Source: Basidiobolus meristosporus CBS 931.73
Lineage: Eukaryota; Fungi; Basidiobolomycota
Direction of reading: 5' to 3'
Assembly (NCBI GenBank): GCA_002104905.1
Contig: MCFE01000497.1
Coordinates: 1-64,000, forward strand
DNA: 64,000 bases
Within the stretch, counting starts at the first letter, position 1. Every line of letters begins with the position of its first letter. The notes under the pieces were generated by a model that had not been told where the DNA came from, made no database searches, and was given only the letters and a program-made list of their open reading frames with translations. Position numbers and translations under genes: made by a program. Positions 24,961 through 35,434 of the stretch are shown piece after piece.

Positions 24961-27900
24961 CACATCCACTCAACAAAATATTTGTAAGTAATAAATACAT
25001 ATCAAGAATTTGCAATCTGTAATAAGCATATCATGCTTAACTGTGTTGCTTACTGAACTTATATTTTATCCAACAATATATGCATTTGTGTTCAAAAACC
25101 TTAACAAGTAGCTTGTAATTCAATGTGCATATCTACTTAGTAGTATGCCTAAAAATCAGAATGATTCAATTGTAATACTAATCAGCATCTTTGATCACTT
25201 GCACAGGCTTAACTAATATGCTGAGTCAAACTGTCATTTATGGCTGAGCTGGAGTTTCCTTATTTCTAGACAATAGTCTAATTCACTTAAACAATGGCAC
25301 TGTATGTCCATACTAGGGTCAGGGACAGTTACTTCCATTATAAACACACTATAGAAGGTAAAAAGCACAAACCTCACATGGGCCAAGCTCAGGTTTAGCT
25401 ATTTACACCTGATCTGTAGTTTCCCCATTTCCTGGCACTATGCAACATATATCATGACAAAAAGAGGTTTTTGCTCAACACTGAGTCAGGATGATCTACT
25501 TCCACATGTACCATATCCATTAAGCAATTCAGATACACAAAAATGATCTAAAATAGTCAGCTTTCTCTTCCTTAAGTAGCAATGGCTTTCTTTGACTGAT
25601 TACTTATTTTTTATTAGACTCAAAGTCCATATGCTTCTTGATTTACCCAGTTTGGTATCAGACTATTCCATAGGTTGTTTGGTAGCTACTCTTAGAGTGC
25701 TTCTGCAGACTTGGACTGATACAGCTGCTTTTGTCTTATCAGAATATAATTGCAGAACAGATATTGGCCCTTTTCTAGAAGTGATATTCACCTTAAAAGA
25801 CCCTGTGAAATATAATTAGGTCCCACAGGTGGATCCAATCTGGGTCAGCCATCATGATCTTGCATTGAGTCCATTGCAATGCCAGCAGTTGGGATTACTG
25901 ACCCTCCACCCAATTGCATGCCGGGATTGTAGTGGCATTTTACTGTTTTTACTGCCAAATAAAGTTAAAAGCTTGATGGTGTTTGAGAGGTTTTTTGACA
26001 ACAATTGCATGGCATTCTAATGGTCTCAATATGCCCTACATTTATTTGAGTGGACCTAACCAGCCAATTTATTCAATTGCCTTGTATTGCAAGAAACTCT
26101 ATGGTGTTCTGATGGCCTCATTGCAAATGGCTACAGACATTATAATGGCAGTACAGCAACCTACAGCTTGTTCTGTATAATGCTACCATGCCAATTTACC
26201 AATGAGTATTTTCTTTTCTACCTCCCCTTGAGCCATTCATATTACCACTTTATAATTACCACTCTTTATACATTGACCCCTAACTATGTTGGGTTTTTGA
26301 AATATAATTTGAATAAAAAAATATGGCTTCTGGCTAACTAACCTCTGCAGATGTGCACACCCACAGCAATTAATGCACTTTGATTACCTCAACTTTACGG
26401 CTTTCTAGTGTGATACTTGCAAAGTTGCCATATTCCCTGTATTGCTGGTATCATATAGATCTTGCAAACATGTACTTGGTTACTGCTACTTTTGCAATGC
26501 ATACCTCCTGAATATTCACAAACAGCTTCTTGGCATTTAGCCATTATATTCCTTCTTCCTGCTGGATTGTAGTCTTCATTGTAGGTGCACTCTGGCTCTG
26601 GTTTGTGTGAGGTTAGTATTGACTGGTATAGTAGCTAGCTTGAGACCAAGAGAAACTTGTCATACTTTGACAAAGCTTTCCTAATAAAAGTTAGTTGCTT
26701 GTTAGACACAACAAGCATTGCATCACTTGACTGATTACCCACACTTTGGGGCTGCTTGGAATTTTAGTGCCAAAGGCAAAGGTATCTCCATGTGTGCATC
26801 TGTCCTCAGTATTTTCCAATGCATCATGGCTGTCCTCCATGTGCCAACTCATCACATCCATGATGGACTGGAAGGTAATATTCTTGACAAGATTGGAATA
26901 TGGCAGTACCTGCAACTTGACTTGTCTTTGTATATCCCACATATCTGATCCATAGAAAACTCCCAAAAGGTGAAGCAAGTCCAACATTTTCCACACACCA
27001 AGCAGTATGGAGTAGAGAATGGGTACAGTAATGGTAGAGATCTACACATTTATCTTTAGTCTTGTAGTATTAACTCTCAGGTCCCAATATAAATTCTTTA
27101 AATAAAAGTTGTAGATGTGTCAAGATGGCATTTACAAATAAAGATGTGGCACTACATACACATGTATATTTAATGCTATTTCCCCATAGATTTGACTCAC
27201 TTCTATACCTATGCTGCTAAAAAATAAAGCAAAGTTGTCCAGTTCCCAACCAATCCCCACTGTCAATGGCAACAGTAGAACTATTGGACTACAGCTTACT
27301 TTGGTATTTGCTGAACAAGCAGGGCTACCTCCAAAAAAGTTATGCTGTAAGTGAGCTCAATGACGGAAATAATGGGAACCCCTCAGGCTCCCAATTAAGT
27401 GGGCAAGTGAGAATATCTGCAGAGCCATAAGCTGACTATAATGCTCAGGCATATGACAGTGTAGTAAGTGTATTACCTTTGGTTGAAGACCATCAAGTAG
27501 CCATCATAACATCACCACCACCCATATTAGTGAGTATGCTGTCAGCTCATACTAAAGCATTAATGAGGTAATTAGGAGCAGTAACTGGTAGAATAGATGC
27601 AATAGCCCAGAGATATCAGGGAATAGTCTAGAAACATGATGCGGAAATATGATGTATTGAGCAATCAATACTCCAGGTGGAGCACAGCATCCTTGCTGCA
27701 AAGATGGAACTCAAGTAGCTAAATGTCACAGCCATAAATGGAACCATTTCCTAATGTAACAGCAGAGAAACACTGTACAGTCTTTGGCACACACAACAGT
27801 ACTAAAAGATAAAGCCCTCAGAAAAACCTATCACAGCATGAGGGGTGAGAGGCTGTGGTGTCTGTACCCAAGCCTAAAAATTAAAAGACACTGACAAGCT

Positions 27901-28221
27901 GTGAAGGCATTGATTGTAATGATGAATAGTAGGATGTTATTCATGAGGCTGTTAGAAGTCTAGCTTATCATTGCCTTAAGACTGGCATGCCATGGGACCA
28001 TCAGGGGCTCAATGCCAAGTAGAATTCATTTGAACTATTCCATGAGCATTATCCTGGATTTAAGCAAGCAAACAGATTTTGAGCCACCATTGGCATGCTA
28101 GGAACACATCTCAAGAGTAGTGGAAGCTATCAAAGTCAGAAGAGCAAGCATGCCATGGCTAAAAAGCAGCAGCCTCCTCAAGAGCTTGTCACAGGCAGGG
28201 CTGAAAGCTGCAACCAAGCAG

Positions 28222-30367
28222 TGTAGTGGGGTGACAGTGACACCCACTGACAGATGTGCTCATTCCCTTATTTTCCACTTCCCTATATCTCTACTACACT
28301 TATTTTAGTTTTATCCCATTTGTCTTACCCAATCAGTACTATCCCATAAGCCGGTTGACTATCACACCTGCTTACCTTATTGCATAAGTTACCCCTCCCT
28401 TTATGTAAGATTACTAGCTACAAGTGCTTCTATATTAGGCAAGTACCCGCGCCAGTACCCGTGACACATGATCAACCCATGTCACCATCCCTACCATTTC
28501 CATACCATATATGGTATCCCCATGTTACACAGGTTTCAGAATACTGATTCCTGATTGGTTGGATGTGCTGTGCCTCTTAGAACCTTCCGGTGTGGTGGTG
28601 TATAAGTCCAAGGGAGATATACGTCCAACACTTCTCAAGTGTTTTGTGTGTGGGGTGTTCACTGGGTGCAATAACCTCTGGCAAAAGCTTGCTAGGAATA
28701 CTTGGGTTCTGTCTCTAATCTAATGTGAAGGGGAATAAAGCCACAAGCTTGTCAAGGGAAAACTATTGAGCTACAATCCCCAACTTAGTTGGCGTCTTAA
28801 CAAAAGTATGTGCTGGGTTCAGCGTCCTTTGAGATGACAATGTACTAAAGCTTCCAAAGTCAAAACAACTGTAAACTCCACCAGCAGGGACTTGATAAGA
28901 ATACAGCTGTGGTCAATAGTTACAAAGACAGAAAAGTATCTTTGCCTGTACAAGAACAAACTTGGGAAAGAATCAAATATAATAAAAGATACCTACTCTG
29001 AGTATTCCTCACAAGTAGTACCTCCAAGGTCAGTTGGCTGTCAGCGCGGTTTCCTGGGAGTGTCCTGTGGTCTGGGGTTGGAAGTTCAGGTAGCAGCAGG
29101 TAGCAGTGATCACACTAATCAACAAGTCAGTATATTGATAAAAGGGATGATGATTTATTGTTGAGGGATAGCCTCCCTTATATACTTTTCTCACTGGCTA
29201 AGTGATTACTAATCATGGTGTTCCAGAAGGTTTCAGATATCAATAGAAATCTTAATGACATCAGAATGACCTAAGAATGTTCTAAGTAGGTGCCAGAAGG
29301 TTCTAAGAGGCACAGCACATCCAACCAATCAGGAATCAGTATTCTGAAACCTTTGTAACATGGGGATACCATATATGGTATGGAAATGGTAGGGATGGTG
29401 ACACGGGTTGATCATGTGTCACGGGTACTGGCGCGGGTACTTGCCTAATATAGAAATACTTATAGCTAGTAATCTTACATAAAGTGAGGGGTAACTTATG
29501 CAATAAGGTAAGCAGGTGTGATAGTCAACCGGCTTATGGGATAGTACTGATTGGGTAAGACAAATGGGATAAAACTAAAATAAGTGTTGTAGAGATATAG
29601 GGAAGTAGAAAATAAAGGAATGAGCACATCTGTCAGTGGGTGTCACTGTCACCCCACTACACCGGCACCTACTTAGAACATTCTTAGGTCATTCTGATGT
29701 CATTAAGATTTCTATTGATATCTGAAACCTTCTGGAACACCATGATTAGTAATCACTTAGCCGGTAAGAAAAGTATATAAGGGAGGCTATCCCTCAACAA
29801 TAAATCATCATCCCTTTTATCAATATACTGACTTGTTGATTAGTGTGATCACTGCTACCTGCTGCTACCTGAACTTCCAACCCTAGACCACAGGACACTC
29901 CCAGGAAACTGCGCTGACAGCCAACTGACCTTGGAGGCACTACTTGTGAGGAATACTCAGAGTAGGTATCTTTTATTATATTTGATTCTTTCCCAAGTTT
30001 GTTCTTGTACAGGCAAAGATACTTTTCTGTCTTTGTAACTATTGACCACAGCTGCATTCTTATCAAGTCCCTGCTGGTGGAGTTTACAGTTGTTTTGACT
30101 TTGGAAGCTTTAGTACATTGTCATCTCAAAGGACGCTGAACCCAGCACATACTTTTGTTAAGACGCCAACTAAGTTGGGGATTGTAGCTCAATAGTTTTC
30201 CCTTGACAAGCTTGTGGCTTTATTCCCCTTCACATTAGATTAGAGACAGAACCCAAGTATTCCTAGCAAGCTTTTGCCAGAGGTTATCGCACCCAGTGAA
30301 CACCCCACACACAAAACACTTGAGAAGTGTTGGACGTATATCCCCCTTGGACCTATACACCACCACA
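28222..30367 (+). mobile_element. 1071-bp solo LTR (28222-28590 plus 29666-30367) split by a second copy
   Basis: Ends TGTAGTGGGG...CACCACCACA (TG..CA). TSD gcag (28218-28221) and gcgg (30368-30371), i.e. GCGG with one CpG decay. The two halves sum to 1071 bp. Confidence 0.85.
28591..29661 (-). mobile_element. 1071-bp solo LTR inserted in opposite orientation into its own family's LTR
   Basis: TG..CA ends, perfect 4-bp TSD ccgg at 28587-28590 and 29662-29665, near-identical to the outer copy in reverse complement. Confidence 0.88.
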
Positions 30368-31170
30368 GCGGTAAAAAATATTGGGTAGCCAGAAGAGTGC
30401 CAGTGAGAAACAGGCAAGCAGATACATATGCATTGATGCAGCATGCATCAATGTGAACACAAATTTTAATACAAGAAGCACTCATTCACAGTAGCAGTGA
30501 AGGACCTGAGAGTGAGAAAAGGCTGCAGAGTTCTCAGAAGCCTATCAAAAGCAGGGCAGAAGGTTTCAAGCTAGTGACATTTGTCCATTATTGCTTCCAT
30601 ATCCTAACTTCCTTCACTTTATCTTTCTGCTGATGGCCAAGGGACAACTCCTCTAACACAGAGTTCTGAGCTTTGTTGCAGGTGGGACCATGGTGTGTTT
30701 GAGCACAGGAATCTACATAACATCATTGGTTCAAAATATTCAACTATTTGAGAGTGATATAGTCAAAATTCACCTGGATCAAAAATAATACCTACAGGAA
30801 CTAATTGTGATGATCTTATCAAAAGCCCATAAGAAAACTAAAGCCTTGTGACCAAGAGGTATTGACCCTGTCAGGACACCATGCAAGAACTGTTGAAAGA
30901 TGATTGCACTGCATATTTCACAAGATGCTTGACTAAGATTTTTCATCACAACAATACCCCTATGAATAATAATTTGGTCCAACAGGTGGATCCAATCCAG
31001 ATCAGCTGTCAAGATCCTTTTAGGTAACTGTTCTAATACAAGCAGCTGGAAATAACTGACCATCTACACAAACTTATGATGGGATCACAATGGCACTTGG
31101 CTAATTTTACTACCAAATCAAGTTGAAAAACATAACAGTGTTTGTGTGGTGTTTTGCTCAGGGTGGGATG

Positions 31171-32180
31171 TGTTCAAATATTAGAGAGATATATTGGAAG
31201 TGAACTGGAGAATTAGAAGATATACATGATATTCACTTGATGTTTTATTGAGTTGCAACACAGTATTTATACTTAGTGCAGAACTATGTAAATGTGACTA
31301 TTTGGTCATTATTAGGGGATTCTCAGGAGTACATGTGCCAAGTTTTAGCTCATCTGGACAAGTGTCAGATTTTCCTAAAATTCTGTACTTCTCTAGTTCC
31401 TAATAATTAGTAAATATCTTTCAAACTAATTTCCATGTTGATAATCTGAAATATATCCTTTCACTGAGTGCTAGTTCATAATATATTAATAATTAGGTGG
31501 ACTCCTAATTATTTCAATACTCCCACTCACATAATATATTGATATACTTATGAACTTGCTGTGGTGTTGTGTATCTTGCGGTTGAAATTAAAGCTGCAAT
31601 TAACCATCTAACCTATTGGGCTAATGTATTCTCCAATATATGTTAAGGATTGCATATTATCTGTAATAACTACGTATAAGTCCATACTGTTAATTACTTA
31701 CTTCACATCAAATTGCTTTGAGTCTGAACTCTGATCTCATCACAAATATCTATGAGTGAGTATCATCAATTTGATTGGAGTAAAACTTTTCAGATACTGA
31801 TTAAATCCTGGCATAGCTTGTATCATCAGAGAGCTGCATTCTCAGGCTTTCTGCTGTTTCTTATTGGAGTAAAATTGGTCAATAATCGGCAAAGTTAGGA
31901 AGTGGTCTTCTCTCCAGTAGATCTGGATCATCCACAGTTCTGGTCTATAGTCTAATTCACTTAGACTATCCTCCATATATCCATAACTGGATCTGGATAG
32001 TAACTTTCCTCATATACTCCATATATGATCTGCTGAGACCAACAATTGATCAGCATTGTAGTTGCCTTATTCTTCACTGGTTGACTAAGTATTTCCTCTT
32101 CCGGACTAGTGCTTTCAATGGTGTCTAGCCTAGCTTTTCTTCATTCCTGATCTGGGATATTGTACTCCCACTAAAGCTAT
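31171..32180 (-). mobile_element. Divergent Copia-type LTR (31171-31519) with PPT and an unassigned 3' internal region
   Basis: LTR has TGTT..AATA ends and partial similarity to the Copia LTR. PPT GTGAGTGGGAG on minus at 31520-31530. Confidence 0.6.
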
Positions 32181-33372
32181 GTCTTCTGGTGCTTCCTGCC
32201 TTCTAAAACTGACTGAGATAGATCATATATATCCTTCTGATCTAGGCATAACTTTCTTGGACTGATATCACTGTCACAGTATTCAGATCTTCCCTTTGCA
32301 TCTTGATAGGCTTGATTTGGTATCACAGCATACCACAGCTTGTCTTTGTATATCCCACACATTTGCTCCACAGGAAATACCCAAAAGGTGAAGCAAGGTC
32401 CAAGATTCTCAAGACACTGTGCCAGATGGAGTAGCAAATGGATACAGTAGTGGCAGATATTTACATGTTCAGCTTTATGCTTATATTGTGGCCACTCAAA
32501 TCCCACAAACACTTGTTGCACAAAAGCTGTGGATGCATGAAGTTGGCATTGTTGATCCACTTCTGTATAAACATTCCTACAATATCAACATTTGACTCCC
32601 AGTGTTTCCAATATACTCTTAGTAGAAATGGTTTCAAAAGGCCATTTGAATAAATACATATCCAGTTCATCCAGTCCTTGCACTTGTATTGTTGCATAGG
32701 CATATGAATGTTGATTGGAGCCTGCAAAAAATACCTAAGGTAGAGGATACTCTGCAATATCTTGCCAGTTCTTTCAAATTTCATAGGTATCTCAATGGGC
32801 TCATTTAGCTTGAAATGCCCTATGTATAAATTGGTTGTCAGTATAGGGATATTATTGAAAGCAAATGCATTACTCCCAGTAACATGGTTTTGCTCCAGCA
32901 GATACTCTCTGTATTTGGTATCTCTAGCTTTCAATCAATTCCATATTCCAGTCAATGACTCACAGCTTGCCAACTTTGCTGTAATTGCATGCTGACTTCT
33001 TTGTGTTCTCTCTACATAACAATGATGTTCTTAGTGTTGGTGCGTGCGTTATATTCATATATATGAGTTATGGATTGAGTCTCCATGGTCTCTTGCATTC
33101 AGAAGCAATACTGTCCATTGTGCCCAGACAAGCTGGATATCCTGCTGATAACTGGGGTATCCTCAATGCAGATAATCATACGTGCTTTGACATGTTGGCC
33201 ATTTACTGTTATCCTGCTGGAAAGCACACAAAATGCATCCAACAATGGATGCAGGTAGCTGTCCAGGGTGGACAGTGATTTAGGCCCAGATATCTGTGAG
33301 ATTGCCATCCAATTTCTGCACTGCTACTGTAAGATAGGTGACAGATTCAGGTTGAAGAGAATCAGTGCTTGT

Positions 33373-33492
33373 TCCAGAAGTTTCAGAGTTGCTTTCCAAC
33401 CCAATTGCATGAAAGGAGCTCAAGTTACTTTGTGTGGCAACTTGCATAACTTCTTGAGCAGATATAATTCCTATTGGTGTTCCAGGTTCCAT
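33373..33492 (-). pseudogene. Fragment of a divergent DNA-dependent RNA polymerase largest subunit (RPB1/beta-prime region around the bridge-helix/trigger-loop), probably viral
   Basis: MEPGTPIGIISAQEVMQVATQSNLSSFHAIG aligns by eye with the conserved PGExVGxxAAQSIGEPxTQMTLNTFHxAG motif. It fuses directly to CMC transposase sequence (cactgattctc) at ~33370. Confidence 0.7.
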
Positions 33493-33606
33493 GATTCATG
33501 CATATATATATATTCGTCAACTTTTTGAACATAACATTTTTTGGATTGAACATTTAAATCTCATTACTAAATAAGATCTATTTAAGATTCTAACTTTAAA
33601 TCACCC

Positions 33607-34116
33607 ATGTCCCCAGAAAATTTAGGAAAACAAGCTTTATCTGATATTGTTGAATCTGCCAACAAGATTATTGCGGGCATGATTTATACAGTCATGTCTG
33701 ACTTTAGCAGCAAACTTATTAAAGAAGGCTTAGATTCCAATACTGTTCTCAAATGCACTAACAAACTTAGCTCCAATTATCTTGGTGAAGGCGTTAAAAT
33801 TAGAAAAAAGCCTGCTCCTAGAGCTCCTAAGGCTCCTGGTACTACTAAATCTTCTAGTACTACTAAAAGTTGTTCCAAGCCTACTCCTAAAACTCTTACT
33901 TGGGAACCTCATCCTGAAGACCCAGATAATTATTCTTTCACCAGAGACATTGTACTTAAGAAGGGCCTTCCTGTATGTTATAACAAGAACAAGAAGGTTG
34001 TCTATGTTGGTGGTAAAGATGAGGTATATGACCTCGAAGTTGAAGATGCTATGCTCTTGAGTAACTATAACCTTGTTTGTGATATGTCTTTTGCTGGTGT
34101 TCCTAAAGCGGAATAA
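33607..34116 (+). CDS. Intact intronless 169-aa hypothetical protein, Lys/Pro/Thr-rich centre, probable large-DNA-virus origin
   Basis: Open ATG-TAA frame with strong T-ending codon use (GCT/CCT/ACT/TCT/GTT) unlike the host gene or the TEs. Preceded by an AT-rich spacer and followed by TATTTAAAA-type repeats. No resemblance to any TE in the window. Confidence 0.7.
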   Translation: MSPENLGKQALSDIVESANKIIAGMIYTVMSDFSSKLIKEGLDSNTVLKCTNKLSSNYLGEGVKIRKKPAPRAPKAPGTTKSSSTTKSCSKPTPKTLTWEPHPEDPDNYSFTRDIVLKKGLPVCYNKNKKVVYVGGKDEVYDLEVEDAMLLSNYNLVCDMSFAGVPKAE

Positions 34117-34119
34117 ATA

Positions 34120-34290
34120 AGATATGTTTTTGTCTTAAAACTATTTTTTAAAAGATCTTAGACCAAAGTATATTTAAAACCAAATTTAAAAACTATATTT
34201 AAAAGATCAAAAACCATATTTAAAAACCAAATATCTAAAACCAAACTTAAAAAACATATTTAAAAAACTATATTTAAAAACTAAAAAAGC
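34120..34290. repeat. Extremely AT-rich imperfect tandem repeats (AAAAC(C/T)ATATTTAAAA-like)
   Basis: tatatttaaaa(a), catatttaaaaa and related variants recur about six times directly after the stop of the 169-aa ORF. Confidence 0.8.
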
Positions 34291-35434
34291 TAATAAGGCA
34301 AAGGTAGACAGACACACATGCACCAGCACAACCTTTACTAATGAAGAAGTGTAGTTCTACTCAAGAAGCTCTCAGTCAAAGTAGCAGTGAAGGACCTGCA
34401 GTGATAAAGCAAAAGGTAAAGGGAAAAAAGTTGCCCAAGCCAGAGATAGGGAAGCATGAGAGAAATGCTGCAGTCCTTGCCTATCAATGGTGTAAGCTCA
34501 GAACTGACTGAATCACATCATAGCCATGAAGAATTACTAACAAGAAAATAGATGTTTTCACAAAAGCTGGAAGCACAGCCATATGACCTACACAATACTG
34601 AGGTAGATGAGTTTTCTGAGACAAGAAATTTGACTTCCACAGCCTCCACACCATCCACTGTTGATAGAGTGGAGATCTTGCTGACAGGCCAAGTAGCAGC
34701 ATCAAGAGCTCAAAGGTTATCACAATGCCTTCAGTAGAATTTTGGAACATTAATAGGCACACCAAAAGGTTGCAGTACTTCTTCAAGAGCAGTGCTCAAG
34801 AAATCACATATGGATACTGCAAGGAGTTATTGCAAAGGCTGGCAGATGAGGTTCTAGACCTTGCAGTAATGGTGGAAGACCAGGACATATGGAACCAGTG
34901 AAAGAACAGTGGCATAAAGCTGTAGGGTTCCTGCCAAAGTCATGGAAACAGAGCATTGCAGCCAAATACTTATTGAGCAGTGGATTTTAATGGAGTTACT
35001 TCTTAATTGCAGGGTTAGGCTTGTTGTTAGTTTAGGGTACAGTGACTTGCATAGGCCAATACAATTGGCATTTGAGGTGCCACTAAAGTTCCAACAGAAA
35101 GAACTAAACTTATATGCATGAAAAGTAAGAGAAACAGTTGAGTCAGGAAGTAAGGAGTGTGAAGAAGAGGCAATAGTCAATCAATACACACAAGTGTAGG
35201 AGGGTATAGAATATCTAGGATGAGAAAGTGAGCAAATTGACAGGGAACCAATCAAGAGTCACTTATACATTGTTGTGATGAAAATTTTTGACAGGGTTTT
35301 TTGTGAAATCTGGGGTGCAATTATTTTTCAATGGTCTCTGGACCGTGTCCTGGCAAGATCAGTACCTTTTAGTCATGGGTTGTTAGTTTTGTGATGACCT
35401 TTTGATGGGATCATCTCAATAATTTTTCATAGGG

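Larger units (their letters stand above)
25801..30550 (-). mobile_element. CMC transposon copy C with internal deletion, interrupted by nested solo LTRs
   Basis: Begins ccctgtgaaatataatt at 25801. Right arm, partial transposase (26580-27130), shared promoter region and accessory gene on plus (27210-28221, resuming 30368). Confidence 0.8.
30958..35434 (-). mobile_element. CMC transposon copy D (possibly composite) whose centre is replaced by foreign DNA
   Basis: Right terminus ccctatgaataataatttgg at 30958 and left terminus aataatttttcataggg ending 35434. Transposase 32180-33370 (minus) and accessory-gene 3' half 34290-35100 (plus) are in the correct mutual orientation. Flanks do not form a TSD. 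Confidence 0.65.

Noticed and set aside
28892-30066. Twin 90-aa ORFs (28892-29164 and 29794-30066)
   Set aside because: They are the same LTR segment in two orientations, start at TTG and have no coding hallmarks.
28222-30367. A-B-A'-B' layout as a DIRS/Ngaro split-repeat or TIR element
   Set aside because: Fully explained by one TG..CA solo LTR inserted in reverse into another, with matching 1071-bp lengths and 4-bp TSDs; no tyrosine recombinase or RT nearby.
34120-34290. CRISPR-like or telomeric array
   Set aside because: Units are irregular AT-only variants without unique spacers or a fixed period.
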